Below, piece after piece: positions 7,929-22,000 of a DNA stretch of 64,000 nucleotides. The notes under the pieces are model-generated. The model searched no databases. It had not been told where the DNA came from and worked only from the letters and a program-made list of their open reading frames with translations. Each line of letters starts with the position of its first letter. Position 1 is the stretch's first letter. This DNA comes from a virus (Duplodnaviria; Caudoviricetes). The stretch is taken from positions 1-64,000 of the IMG/VR virus record IMGVR_UViG_3300013383_000023, one strand, 5' to 3'. The position numbers were made by a program, and so were the translations under genes.

Positions 7929-8027
7929 CTACAATGTTATAACATGTCCAGCATGTATAAAACTGGAATTAGTTATTTTGTGGATCCAGCAAAATAATAT
8001 TATGTTTAACATTTAAATTTTACAATT

Positions 8028-8822
8028 ATGGATACTCTTGAAAAAGTTTATTGTACAGGGCACGATAACAATGATGCCCTTGTAGCTACATTAGCTGGTT
8101 AGAACAACAATGCTATGACTGCCGCTATGATGAATGGTGGTATGAATAACTGGTGCAATAATCCATTTGTGTATCTCGTTTGGATGATGTTTGCAAACCG
8201 AATGTGGAATAATGGAGAAGGCAACACTGCATAGCTTGATTCCCTTCGTAATCAGATGTCTGATAATCAGAATAGTAATTTAATTATGGACGCTGTAAAA
8301 GGCAATAACGTAGCAATTGGGCAGTTGGCTAATAATCTTAATTGCGATTTCAATAATCTTAGTTCTGCTATTTGTGGAGTAAGAGCTGGAATTCAAGAAG
8401 TAGCTGGCAATATTAATTTCTCTGCAGAACGCGTGATTAACGCTGCCAATCTCGGAGATATGAATATCGTACAGCAACTTAAAGATTGCTGCTGCCAAAC
8501 TCAATAGAACATTATCAAGATGGGTTACGAACAGTAGCTTGCAACTTGTAATCAGACCAATACGATAACGAATGCTATCAATACAGTTAATACTGGATTG
8601 GAGCGTGGATTTTCTTCCATTGGTTATCAGATGGCTACTGATAAGTGCGATGTTATTAGAGCGGGTCAAGATAATACTCAGCGTATTATTGATACTCTCA
8701 ATAATCATTGGACTGCTGATCTGCAACAAAGATATAATGACGCAAGACTTGAATTAAGTCAGCAACGTCAGAACGCTACATTGATTGCGGCACTTAAAAC
8801 AACTACAACGACTACTGCGTAA
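8028..8822 (+). CDS. Conserved phage coiled-coil protein with CCC motif, 264 aa (TAG readthrough)
   Basis: Track ORFs 8256 and 8598 are in frame with ATG 8028; hydrophobic N-terminal segment; DCCCQTQ. Confidence 0.8.
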
Positions 8823-8828
8823 CAAAAT

Positions 8829-8870
8829 AGTGTACTGTGGGCGTAGGAATACGCCCAATGTACACTTTAT
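8829..8870 (+). terminator. Stem-loop / terminator
   Basis: AGTGTAC-TG-TGGGCGTA-GGAA-TACGCCCA-AT-GTACACT followed by TTATT. Confidence 0.6.
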
Positions 8871-8886
8871 TAATCAATTTATATCT

Positions 8887-9390
8887 ATGTTATTTAAGGA
8901 TATTAAACAAACTTATCCAGTTTTTATACTAGATAAACAATCAATAACTATTACGTAGGGAACTGTTACATCAGTAGGGTTTCCTAGATTGGATTTTAAT
9001 CAAAGTAAACCGAATGGTGTATCATCTACTGTTATTGATGTTACAATAGAAGCTAACGGGAAGACTGCTACTTATACTATTCCTGACAATCTAGCTGTTA
9101 CATATACTAATAATTTAGTATTGTCTACTAGTAAGGAGGGATTAGTTAGAGAAGTAGAATCCATGAAAGCTTCTGCTGAACAAATATTATCTTCAATAGA
9201 CAAACAGCGCGAAATTGTTTCTAAGACTACAGAATTATTATCAGACATAAATCCGATATATAAGGAGAAGAAAGAAACAGAGCAGCGTTTTACTAAAATA
9301 GAAGACTCTATTAATGATATGAAAAACATAGTTACTAACTTTATAAATAGTTTTAACAATGGGCAAAGTACTGTTAATTAGACATAGTGA
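8887..9390 (+). CDS. Hypothetical phage protein (TAG readthrough)
   Basis: MLFKDIKQTYPVFILDK... in frame with track ORF 8989; ends TAG-ACA-TAG-TGA. Confidence 0.75.
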
Positions 9391-9757
9391 TGATGATCAA
9401 AAAGATTATCATGACAAATATGGTCTTCATTTTAGTAAAGAGCTAGTTTAGAAAGCTTGCTCAGAAATGATTAACAATGATAAATCTAATCATAGTTGGA
9501 CATGTGAACAAGTTGAAAAACTATTAAAAGAATCTGGTATTAAATTACCAGAAGGGCATACTATTGAAGATGTGACCTATACTGCAAATATGGCATATGC
9601 TGATTTCTTTCCTACTTTATTAAATGAGCGACAATGCATAGATTATGCGATATTAGTTGCTAGTGATCCTGATGGATATGAGGGGATAGAATTTAGTAGA
9701 TGGCTTGCAGATGTTAAACAAAAACATATAGATATAGATTTAAACAAATTTATATAA
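9359..9757 (+). CDS. Hypothetical phage protein (TAG readthrough)
   Basis: ATG 9359 in frame with track ORF 9467; YGLHFSKEL...YTANMAYADF. Confidence 0.75.
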
Positions 9758-9758
9758 T

Positions 9759-10097
9759 ATGAATAATTGTTTATGTAATAAGAATCACGGGGTTGGCATG
9801 AATGTAAATGGCGTAAACGTAACTAGAAATATTGACCACATTGTATATGGTTCAATAATCAATGGGTACGAAAAAGGTTATTTACTTGATGCCAATGCTG
9901 TGATTGATAAAATTAAGAAATTTATTCCTAGCCAATTATATTGGATATTTGCAGATGAATAGAATGACAGTAAATGCTGCGATTTTATACCTAACATTGA
10001 TATAGATAATATAATTGAAGGAGAAACTCCTAAATAGGAAAAGGATCCTAATTGCTGTTGTAAAGATATACCGGATTAGGATATTATAAATATGTAA
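9759..10097 (+). CDS. Hypothetical Cys-containing protein (TAG readthrough)
   Basis: Frame continues through three TAGs to TAA 10097. Confidence 0.65.
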
Positions 10098-10107
10098 TCG
10101 ATTATAT

Positions 10108-11349
10108 ATGAAATTTTTAGATTCTACAGGTCTTGCTCATCTTTGGTCGAAAATGAAAGAGTATGTTGGTGGACAAATCGGCAACATTGACAGGACTTTA
10201 TATAAAGTAATCACGAAATTGCCAGATACATCTGCAGAGGCAGCGCAACTTGGATGTACTGATGTAAATAAAATCTATTTAGTATCACTTGGCACCGGCA
10301 GTCCGGCAAATCAAGAGTACGCTGAATATTTGTATAGAGGAACTAATTTTACTACTAATTACAGTAAATCAAATTGGGAGAAGCTTGGCTCATTCAGATC
10401 TACTGTAGATCTTTCTAACTATGCAAAATTAGATTCTGAGAATACATTTAAAGCTAGCCAAAAGGTAAATTCCGGCAATAAGACAGTAACAGTAAGCGCT
10501 ACTGGTATTTCATCTTCAGACAATGACGCTAATAAAGTATTTGCGACTGATGGAAGTATTGCTAACATTTCCACTGTTGTGGATTCAAATATTATCAGTT
10601 TTACACCAACTGATAGCGCAGTTAATTTTCAATATGAAGATTACGGCGAAAACAGTCATAGTGTGTAGATTCCTCAAGCAACATCTGCTAAGGCTGGCGT
10701 AATGAGTAGCCAAGATAAAAAGAATGTTGATAGACTAGTTTCTGATACTTACCCATTTGGTATTACTTCATTTGTAAATAATGTAAATGTTACCGAAAAA
10801 GGTAACACGGTAACTCCTAAATTTAATTGGGCTTATAAGAATACAGATTTTAACCCAATTAAGTCTCAGCGAATCAGCGGCGGAAATTTAGGCGGGCCAG
10901 TTGATATTCCTAATGGCGCTACAACATATTCTATTAGCAGTTTTACTAACACCTCTACAGATTCCTCAACTATACTTACATATACGCTTGTGGCGATCGG
11001 AGGAAGTACTAGTAAATCAGCTAATACATATGTAGTATTTGTGCATAGAAATTATGCTGGAGCTGTTGACGCTAGTAAGACTTCATTGACTGAATCTGAT
11101 GTTAAAGCTTTGACAAATACTGCTGTTATTAATGGCAAATCTAGAACTGTATCAATTGTTCAGAATAACCAGAAGATAGCTTATTGTTATCCTGCATACT
11201 TTGGTAACTTGTCATCAATTAAAGATGGCAATGGATTTGAAGGCTTTGGCGGCTATACTAAATCAACTGTATCAGTTGGAGGTGTAACTTATAATGTTTA
11301 TTTACAAAATATTGCTGCCACATCAACTGGTAGTTATACATTTGCTTAA
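10108..11349 (+). CDS. Tail fibre-associated structural protein, 413 aa
   Basis: Track ORFs 10108 and 10702 joined across TAG 10666; IPQATSAKAGVMSSQDK fibre motif. Confidence 0.8.
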
Positions 11350-11375
11350 TACTAACTCTTTAAACTGAATTATAT

Positions 11376-13568
11376 ATGTTTACGATTAATCAAGGATTTG
11401 ATTTAAATTCCCCTCAGTTTAATTTTAAGAGGGACTATTTTGCAAGTACAGCAGATCTTAAGGCTGCTGCAGAATCGGGATTTCCTAACTATTTTATAAC
11501 TAATGTTGCTGGTACCCTTTATCAATTTAACAGCAGTAACCCAGTAGATACGAATACCGGAAAATGGCGCAAGTTTAATGTTAGTGGTTACATTAATGAT
11601 AGCAATTATGCTAAACTTAATACAGCAAATACATTTAGCGCGACGTAGAAAGTGTTCGATCCATAGCAAGACAATTCAGTTACAATTACTACCGATTCTA
11701 TTACTGTCGGAAAAATAGATGGTAGTGTAACAATTGGTAATGATGGAATTCGCAAAACAGATGGTGGCAACAAGGAGTTGTTTGCTACAGATGGAAGTTT
11801 ATATGATGTTTCAACTCTTGAAGATAAAGCTAGTACAAATGCTAACAGCATTAATACTTTAAATACAACTGTTAAGTCTTTAAATGATAACTTTGATTCT
11901 AAGGCTCAAGCTGCAGCTAACACCGTAATTAACAATAAAGCTGGTAAAGCAAATGGTCTTGCTCAGTTGGACGCTAATGGCAAAGTTCCATCTAATCAGC
12001 TTCCATCTTATGTTGACGATGTGCTAGAGTATGATAATCTTGCCGCATTCCCAGCAACTGGCGAAACTGGTAAGATTTATACGGCTAAAGATACAAACAA
12101 GATTTATAGATGGTCTGGTTCTGCATATGTTGTAATCAGTGAAACTATTGCACTTGGCGAGACATCTTCTACAGCGTTCCCTGGAAATAGAGGTAAAGTT
12201 CTTGAAAACCAGATGACTACTAAGGCCGACAATTCTGCTCTTGCTAATTATTTGCCACTTAGCGGTGGAACGATAACGAATGGAGATTTAAGCGTATTAG
12301 GAAAAGGTGTTTTTAATATATATATAAACGAAGATGGTTTATCGATTGAGGACGAAGACAATATTCGCACGTTTTACAATCCTAGTGTGATTATAAATAA
12401 CGGAAAATCTATTAATTTACCAAGTAATGCTGGTACAATCGCTCTTACTTCCGATATTCCAAATGTTGCTAATAAAGTTGGCAAGGTAAATGTTACAGGC
12501 TCTGGTAATGCCGTTACAAGCGCAAGTGTAAGTGGTGATACTTTAACCTTAACTAAGGGTGCTAATTTCTTAACTAATCATCAAGATATTAGCGGCAAAT
12601 CTGATAAAACTCATACTCACTCTGTAAAGATTAATGGCGTTACTAAAACTATTGCTGCTACAGGCGGTGAAGCTGTAGACCTTGGTACATATCTTGTGTC
12701 TAGTGATGTTGCTGGTAAATATCTACCATTGACAGGTGGAACTTTGACCGGTAATTTATTATTTAGAGGTGAAAATAAAAATATTAATATTGCCGAATCA
12801 TTTAATTCAGATACTGATAATTATACTATTGATTTAGATTTGTATTGTGATCATATTAACATTTCAGATTCAAACGGCAGTTATGAAGCGATTGGATCTG
12901 ATTTTATTGTAGATTATAGTTACGCGGTTAGCTCAATGGCAATTTCAGATAACTCTGCTGGCATAAACGAGAATTCTAAATATGCCGGATTCGGAGTCAA
13001 CGGTTTAGATATTAAATTTGTCACCAGCGATCATCTTATTGATAACGCAAGCGGTATTAATAAAGTGTCGTTATTAGATGCCGGATTAACATTAAGTTCG
13101 CAATACGATATACATAATAAAAAACTTTATTATGAAGACGGTTTTGTTAATCCTGTGTATACAACGTATGGATTGGGAAGTATTGAATATTGTAATAATT
13201 CTATTGGTATATATACCATTAAATTTCCAGATAAATCAGGTACCATAGCATTAACATCGGATATACCTACTATACCAAGCAATCTTGCATATACTAATAA
13301 GGATAATAAATTTAGCGTAGGTCAGACATTTAATATTGATGGGAGTAAACTTACATTAGATAGTGATGGTTATAGCATTTGGGCAAATTCATCTGATTAC
13401 ACACAGTTACAATACGGTGAAATATACTATCGCGTAAATGATGTTGCATACGAAATCAAGTTTCCAACAGGAACTGGCGTTTTGGCATTGACGTCTGATA
13501 TTAAAGGATATGTAACAGCCAATGTGCAAGCTTTAACTAATGATGAAATTGATAAAGCATTAGCTTAA
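11376..13568 (+). CDS. Tail fibre protein, 730 aa
   Basis: Track ORFs 11376 and 11778 are in frame; LDANGKVPSNQLPSYVDDVLEY motif; YLPLxGGT twice; GTIALTSDI three times. Confidence 0.85.
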
Positions 13569-13649
13569 TTATTAACGAAATAACGTATTCTGCATAGTAT
13601 CTTAGATACTTTCGCGCATGCAGATAATACGTTTAATTTATTTTTACAT

Positions 13650-14276
13650 ATGAAATTTTTAGATAATTCTGGTGTAACTACGTTATGGAATAAGATTAAA
13701 GGAGCATTCTTAAGTTTAAACGGCGGAACAGTTAATGATACATTTGAAATATCTGGTAAGAAAATAGTTGTATCGACAAAATCGTATTCATTTTCAAATA
13801 TATCGCCAGGTGTAAACATTCACGCTAATACAGTTATTGATGGAAATTTTACAGCTACCGGAACTATTATTTTCATAAATAACAATAAACAAATGTTACG
13901 TATTTTAGAGAATTCCATTACTCAGAATAACACTACTTTTGTTGGTAGCGTGAACTTTGGATCGAATGATAATATCAAAATCAGTATTGAATCTGATGGA
14001 ACTGGTAAACTATATCGCGGAACTAACAACATGTATATAGGAACAGACCGAGACGCTGGATATCTATATCTTGCAGGTTCTGTTGCAGGATACGATAATA
14101 TTAATTGTAGCTCATTAACTGAAGATGGCGCCATAGCTTGGAAGTTGCTTGAAAATTCAGAATTCGAATTGGGGAATTCTGCAACAGACGGAGATTTTTA
14201 TATATGGTATAACGGCAAAAGATACACATTTGATATTGCGTCTCTTGTAAGCCAGGGAATACTTAAAGAAGGATAA
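13650..14276 (+). CDS. Tail fibre-associated protein
   Basis: N-terminus MKFLDNSGVTTLWNKIK is paralogous to 10108; FLSLNGGT motif. Confidence 0.8.
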   Translation: MKFLDNSGVTTLWNKIKGAFLSLNGGTVNDTFEISGKKIVVSTKSYSFSNISPGVNIHANTVIDGNFTATGTIIFINNNKQMLRILENSITQNNTTFVGSVNFGSNDNIKISIESDGTGKLYRGTNNMYIGTDRDAGYLYLAGSVAGYDNINCSSLTEDGAIAWKLLENSEFELGNSATDGDFYIWYNGKRYTFDIASLVSQGILKEG

Positions 14277-14278
14277 TT

Positions 14279-14740
14279 ATGGAAATTAAAACTATTAATG
14301 CTGTTGAAGCTTATAAAATATTAAAATCATTAAAGGTTAATAGCTTATCTGATGAATCTGCTATTAATGTATGGAGAACAGTTAAACTGCTTAGACCTAT
14401 TGCAGAAGAATATAATAAAGAACGAGATGAAGTTATTGAGACATTAAAAGACGATAAGTTTAACGATATGCAAGAACGTCTTGCTAAAGCTCAAGAACGA
14501 GATGTTAAAGTAAAGAACGGAGAGTATACTCTTACTAAAAAAGACATTAAAGATATTCGAGAAGTAAACGAGTATTATGCTTCATTTAATAGCAAACTTA
14601 GTAAATACTTTGGTGAAATAAACAATAAACTCGTTGATATTAACATTAACAAAATACCTGGAGAGGAACTCATTAAGGTAATTAAAGACGAAGGCAAGAC
14701 GTTTCAAGATATTGAAACCATAGACTTCTTATTTGATTAA
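14279..14740 (+). CDS. Hypothetical helical protein (possible fibre chaperone)
   Basis: Intact ORF within the fibre module. Confidence 0.75.
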   Translation: MEIKTINAVEAYKILKSLKVNSLSDESAINVWRTVKLLRPIAEEYNKERDEVIETLKDDKFNDMQERLAKAQERDVKVKNGEYTLTKKDIKDIREVNEYYASFNSKLSKYFGEINNKLVDININKIPGEELIKVIKDEGKTFQDIETIDFLFD

Positions 14741-14759
14741 CAAGATATAAATCATAATT

Positions 14760-17700
14760 ATGATACAAAACAAATTTTTAATCTACCCAAATAAAGTCGA
14801 GGTAGAAAAAGACAAAAATGAATTCCGAGCTGATGCTATTGTATTTATATCAGGCGATGCGGAACACCCCAACGATAAATCTATATACGTAGATAATGTA
14901 TATTATGATTGCAATAAAACTCCGGATGCCGATGAAATTTATGATTTGATTAAAGATAAGATCAGCTCGGATTTCGCTGTTAAAAATGAAATTAAGGAAG
15001 CTACACTATCTGAATCTGGTACTATTAAACTTTCAGATTTAGGCCCGGATCCTAAGCCTGCATCAGATGATGATAAGTATGGAGTTAGACTTTAGAATGG
15101 ACAAGCTTATGTATACATTCCAAATACAGCTCCAGAGATACCAGAAGTAAAAGATGGTGTTAGCATATTCAAATCGTCTGTATTTAAACGTTCTGATTCA
15201 GTTCCAGAAACACCAGATGGAGGATCATTTGATAATCCTTATCCAAATGAATCTTATGGGTGGGGTGATACGGTTCCAGCTGATACAGATAACAAAATAG
15301 TATGGATTAGCACAAGAATATTTACTAGCGATGGTAAATATCCGTAGCAAGATGCATGGTCTACTCCAGCAAATGTTAGTACATCTACAGATATAGAAGT
15401 TCTTTGGAATCTATATAATGGATCTTTTATACCAGATAAGCCTTCTGATAATTATATTCCGAAGACTGATGGTTCTAAATCAGATGAATGGATTACTGCT
15501 GATAAGATTGATAATAACACAGTAATCTGGATGGCAGTAAGAACTGTAAAAAATAATAAAACTTCAGAATGGGCTATTAGTAGGGTATCTGGAGAGAAAG
15601 GTGAAGACGGTACATCTTTTAAAATAAAAGGCGTTGTATCGTCATTACAAGATCTTTATTCTAATTATTCTAGAACTAATGAAGGCTTGTCGTTCTCATT
15701 TACGGTTACTACTAGTACTCCAGAAGATGAAAAGAAATATAGTAATCATATATTTATACTTGTTGATTATTCTCTTTCTAATATACTTGGAGAAGCTTGG
15801 ATTGATCTTGGATCTATTAAAGGCGCAGATGGTAAAGACGGAGCTAATGGAGAGCCTGGTAAAGATGGAGCTCCTGGAGATGATGGTAAATCTGCGTTCT
15901 ATCACGTTAAATTTACTGACAATGATAAATGTTTAACAGATCCATCACAAGTGGCTTCTAATGAATTATATGAGTCTCCAAAGGCTTATATGGGCTATTA
16001 CGTTGATTATTCTACTGCGCCAACTATAGATAGTTAGAACGCTTCCGATTATACATGGGGCAGATGCAAAGGTAACGATGGCTTTGGATATCAGTATATA
16101 TATACACTGTGCGCTTCTGAAACAAATATACCATGCCCTAAGTATTCTGGCAAAGAAGACTCAGAAGATGATAAGATCGGATATGGAGGTGGTACGCAAA
16201 CTGTTGAAATAGATGGCATGCAAACGCAAATAGTATGGACTGATAATCAAGAATCCGTATCATACGAATATCCTTATTGCTATCGAGTTTGGATGAGAAC
16301 TGATATTCAAGATACCGATGGATATTGGAATGGTTCAGAAGATAATGAATCTAGCAAATATGCAGTACTTGTGGCCAAATACGGCAAAGATGGCGAAAAC
16401 GGTGAGCCTGGATAGGACGGTAAACCTGGGCAAGATGGCAAACCAGGTAAGGACGGAGTAGATGGAAAAGATGGAAAGTCTGTTACAATTAAGGCTTCAT
16501 TAACCAGTATAAACGGGTTGCCTACATCTGGCAATACCGCTGGAGACGGATATCTTATAGATGGCAATCTTTGGGTTTATACTGGAACTTCTACAGAAGA
16601 TGATACTCATCATAATGGATTTGAAAACGTTGGTCAAATAAAGGGAGAGAAAGGCGATAAGGGCGACAACGGCAGCCCGGCATATGAATATGTTGTAGTA
16701 AAATATACTCCATCAATTATTACATTTGATGAGACGATTAACGATACTGATACATCAAAAACATATACTGTAATCGCCAATATTTATTATAAAGGATCCG
16801 AATTAGATGATTATTCTGATTTCGAAAGTGATGCCGACAACTGTAAACTTTCTATTACTGACACTAAGAATTGCAATGTGTCAAATGATACCGATTTATC
16901 AGGCATCGTATTACAAATGGATATCATAAAAAACAGTAAGACAGGTTGGCCGGATAGTGGATATTTTGACTTTGAGGTAGAATATAATAATCAAACCGTT
17001 AAATCTAGAGTCCCGTTTGTTGTAAATAAAATTGGTACTATTTATACAACCATAAATAATGGAGTGCAATCTACCATAGCCACTAAAGTTAAGACGTATG
17101 TTGACGAGTAGGGGTATGTTACTACGGACGAAATGAATACGGCAATTAATACATCTGCAAATGGTATTGAGGCTAAGATTACAGATGTTAGTACAGTTGC
17201 AAATGAAGCCAAAACTAACGCAGCATAGGCCAAGGCTACTGCAGATGGTTTTGAAACTAGGGTTAGTACTATTGAACATCAAGGAAGTGATGTTTTAAGT
17301 AGATTAAATACAGTCGAATCCGAGATAACGCAAACTAATAGTAAGATTGATGCTAGTGTAAAAAAGAATGACTTAGAAACTGTTGGCATTCATCTTGATG
17401 GAGACAATAGTACAATAAATCTTGTTGCAGATAAGACCACTATCGGAGGTAACACATTCATTACAAGTGATGGTAAGATTTCTGCTAAGTGTATTGAATC
17501 TTAGACGATCGATACAGATTCGATTACTACAAGACAACAATCTAGTTCTGGAGCATATATTAATATTGAGAATGGCGTGTTACAGATGTTTGTTGCCGAT
17601 TGGCCTTTCCCAGCCTTAACAATTAGAGCTGATTATAATTGGTCGGACGATGGCAGTCTTACTAGTGTTCCAAGATTAGCATTCTATGATCGCCAAGGAT

Positions 17701-18491
17701 TTGTTAAATGTAGTATAGATATTGATGGGGTTCATACATATACAGGTAATGGAACATGGAATACATTTAGCGCATTTAAAATTGCCAAAATGTACGATTA
17801 GAATAGTACGTCAGTAGATACTACAATTAGTAGTTTTGTTGGATTGGCGACATGGCTTTCTTCTGTAAAAGACTATTGTGATACAGTTTGGTAGATACCA
17901 ACTGATGGCGTTACTGCAAATGCAGTTATAGAAGGAATACCTGCAGATGGAGTTACACCAATGATCCTTACTGACGATTGTCAAGTTCGTAAGACTATTG
18001 GATATTGTTTAGCCGATGATTCATCTCATAGTAATGCAGTTTAGACATTGTATCAATATATGGCACCAAGAGATAGTAACGGTAAAATTACGTTGGATAA
18101 TAATAATAATTTTACTTAGGAACAGGCTACGCAAATTGATGGCAAGGTCTTTATAAAACAGATCACAACAACTGATTTTAGCAATGGAGATGTAAGTCAA
18201 TATTATCCAGAGGGATTGTTTATTAATGATAGTGCGATGATTCTTGATGGATATCCTACAGCACTGCTTGAAGATAATGGTCTTATTTCTGCAATATCTG
18301 ACAAAACTGTTACATCTATTACGTTACCTGCAATGAAAGTTGCCACAATGGTTATAAGTGATGGAGAGATACAAGATGTTGATTCGAACGATCGTTCGGA
18401 TACATCTAGCTCAAGGCATCCGTTCTTATATTCAAAGGCAAGTAAAACATATACTGGCGATGAATTGAAAACGCTTTTTAATTTAGATTAA
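14760..18491 (+). CDS. Large collagen-repeat tail fibre / receptor-binding protein, 1243 aa
   Basis: Track ORFs 14760, 15531, 16218, 16518, 17577 and 18216 share a frame, separated by TAGs; G-X-Y repeats (GKDGANGEPGKDGAPG). Confidence 0.8.
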
Positions 18492-18492
18492 A

Positions 18493-19002
18493 ATGTTTGA
18501 TATACAAGGCAGTAAAATAATATTAAAAACAGACGATTTGGCAATTCCTCCATTTCGCGATTTCTATAACAATGCTAAAAATAAACAAGATGCTATAAAG
18601 AAAATAGAGTTTATTATTTGGCGTTATAAATGGAATACTCCATACGAAGCATATCCAGAGAAAGAACGTACTTGGAGAGTTGCTAAAGATGTTTTTAACA
18701 ATAAAGATTATATACCAGACGCATAGGTAGAAGAGCTAGCAAAACGATTTAATGAGTTTCAAGAAACCCCTATGACGAGATTGCTTAAATCTTCTAAAAA
18801 TGCGGCTGAGGGGATAATGAACACAATGGATAACTATGCCAATGAAGACTTAGACATAGATACGGCTAAGAAACTTTCTGCGATACTTAAAGATGTTAGC
18901 GGTATCATAAAGTCCCTCGATCTTGCAATGAAACAGGCTAAAGCAGAACAAGTTGAAACTGGTCGAGTTAAAGGTGGTGGCGTTATTGGCATGTACGAAT
19001 AA
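18493..19002 (+). CDS. Putative terminase small subunit, 169 aa
   Basis: Joined across TAG 18724; lies immediately upstream of TerL; call rests on synteny. Confidence 0.55.
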
Positions 19003-19004
19003 AT

Positions 19005-22000
19005 ATGGTAGATTTTAATTAGAAGCTCCACAATACTGATAAATTTAGATAGGCTGCTTTATTTTTTCAGTAGAATGGATGTTATACCTTAGCCCCCAGA
19101 GGTACGACTGATTATAATAAATATTGGGAGCAAGAAACAGAAAGATGCTTAAACGGATATACTGCTTCAGACGGTGAAGGTATTACTGGATATAATTATT
19201 TTTATCTTAACTACAGCCCGATCATGAGACTTAAAGAAACTGAATATGCTGATCGTGAAGGCAATACGAGAAAGCGTAGAGAGCGTATATTAGAGTTTCC
19301 AAGTTTCTGGGATTATGATTACTACTATTACAATGCTATAGAATAGGCAGAATTAGAAGGTAAACATATGGCGGTAATCAAGTGCAGACAAAGGGGATAC
19401 GAACAACCATATAGCGAGCTTGTGGCTACACCAAATGGATTTGTTGAGATGGGATCTCTTAAGATTGGTGACGAAATATGGAATCCGGATGGAAAAACTA
19501 CAAAAGTTCTAGAAATATACGAGCAAGGATTTAAAGATGTATATAGGTTAACATTAGCTGATGGTCGTTCTGTTAGATGCGGAGCAGATCATTTATGGGA
19601 AGTGATATGCGCTAATAATCGCTTCAAGAGCAAGATTATTACAACGCATGATTTATTAAACAATGGGTTGTTTAATAATTGTACAGTAAATGGTAAGAAA
19701 TATAATACTTATAAGTATTATCTCCCAGCTATAGAGCCATTACAATACAGCGAGAAAGAATAGAAAGTACCCGCTTACGTATTAGGTGCATTGCTAGGAG
19801 ATGGAGCGTTGACAAAAAGAACTCCAAAAATATCGTCTATAGACCAAGAAATATTAGATAGATTTAAAGAGCTACTTGGAGATGGATTTGAATTTAAATA
19901 TGATCCTACTACTTCATGCGAATACAGGATTATAGATAAAGAAAGATTCATGCATAAAGATGAGTTTGAAAATGGATAGTACGGAGTAAATAGACTGCAT
20001 AGATGGATCGAGGAGTTAGGACTATGTGTTTCTTGCTCATATAAATTTATACCAGATTCATATAAATACGGATCTATTGAACAAAGGTATGAACTTATAA
20101 GAGGATTGATGGATACAGATGGATATATATCAAAAAACGGATGCATGTCTTTTATTAATACATCAAAACAATTAATAGACGATTTTGTTGAAGTACTAAG
20201 AAGTTTAGGAATACTTTGTTCCGTATCTAAACGAGCTCCAGGTAAAGGCGGAGTATAGAACGGCAGAGAAATATTTGGAACAAAATTCGCTTATGTTGTG
20301 TATATAAAGGGAAATCCTGATATATTCTTTTTATCTAGAAAGAAAAACAGGATTAAAAAGAATAGAAAGTTTAGTAATAAAGTTGCTATTACAAATATAG
20401 AATACCTTGGAGAACAAGAAAAACAAAGATGTATTTTTGTTGACAATCCAAATCATTTGTATCTTACAAGAGATTATATCCCTACACATAACAGCTTTAA
20501 AGGAGCATCAATGTTAGTGCGAAACTATATGCTTATTCCCGGATCTAAAAACTTCGCTATAGCGTCAGAATAGAAATTCTTAGTTGGCGACGGATTGCTT
20601 ACTAAAGCGTGGCAGATAATGGACTTTCTTGATAAACATACAGCTTGGGCTAAGCAACGTCTTGTGTCAACACGTATGGAAAGAACATCTGGATATAAAA
20701 TTACTGATGAATTTGGTAAGTAGACAGAACAAGGATATTTATCTAGTATTACCGGTATTACTCTTAAGAACGACCCAGAACGCGTCCGTGGTACTCGAGC
20801 TAAACTTGTATTGTGGGAAGAGGGTGGTAAATTTCCAAGCTTATTAGACGCATGGCGAATAGAATAGCCTTCTGTAGAAACCGATGACGGTATCGCGTTC
20901 GGTTTGATGGTAGCGTATGGAACTGGCGGTACGGTTGGCGCATCATTTGACGGTTTAAAAGAATTGTTTTACAAGCCCAAGTCTTATAATGTACTAAGCT
21001 TTCCAAATATATGGGACGAAGGGCGAGAGAATACTGAATGCGGATTTTTTGTACCGGCTTATTCTAATCTTGAGTCATTTGATGAAAATGGTAATCAAGT
21101 GTATATGGATAAGGATGGAAATAGTTTAAAATAGAAAGCTATCGAAGAACTTATTACACAACGTAACAAGGTAAAAGATGGAGGAGCTAGTCAATCGTCT
21201 ATCGACAGATTTATATCAGAACGTCCCATAAGACCATAGGAAGCTGTATTGGAAATTGGTAAAAATATATTCCCGAGAAAACTCTTAATGGATTAGCTTA
21301 CTAAATTGCGCACAAATAAGAAGTTGCAGAATATGAAACATATTGTCGATCTTGTATGGGATGGTGATGGAAAAGTAAAAGCTATAGAAAAGAAATCCGG
21401 AGACATTACTACATATCCATTAAAGAAGGGCGATAAGCCACATGGTTCTGTAGTAATCTGGGAGTACCCAGTTAAAGATCCGCCTTTAGGACTATATATT
21501 GCAGGCTGCGACCCGTTAAATACCAGCGGGGTATAATCGAGCAAAAACGGTGAAAGTCTAGAACAGAAAACACCGTGCTAATCTTATAGATTGCGAAAGG
21601 CTATAAGGCAGTGTAACGCATAGGAGATGAATAAATATAATTCTCCCACGAGTGCTCGACGCCAATTTGGTGATAATATATGCTGAACTACATAGGGATA
21701 TGTAGAGGTTAAGATAAAAAGCTTAGCGATAACAAATTGATGATCATGATGATAGTTTTACCAACTCTTTAGGTTCTACATTTATATTTAAGCGTGTAAG
21801 AGCAGGTGAAGCTTGGAACGATGTTATAGTAGCCGAATATTCTGGTAGACCAGATACTGCCGAAGAGTATTATGAAAACGTAAGAAAACTCTTAATATTT
21901 TATAATGCTAGACTATTATTTGAGAATGAACGTAAAGGTATATATCCATACTTTACTAATAAACATTGCGATTACTTACTTGCAGATCAGCCAGATAAAA

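Noticed and set aside
6020-18491. Diversity-generating retroelement or invertible fibre cassette
   Set aside because: No reverse transcriptase, recombinase or near-identical TR/VR pair visible in this window
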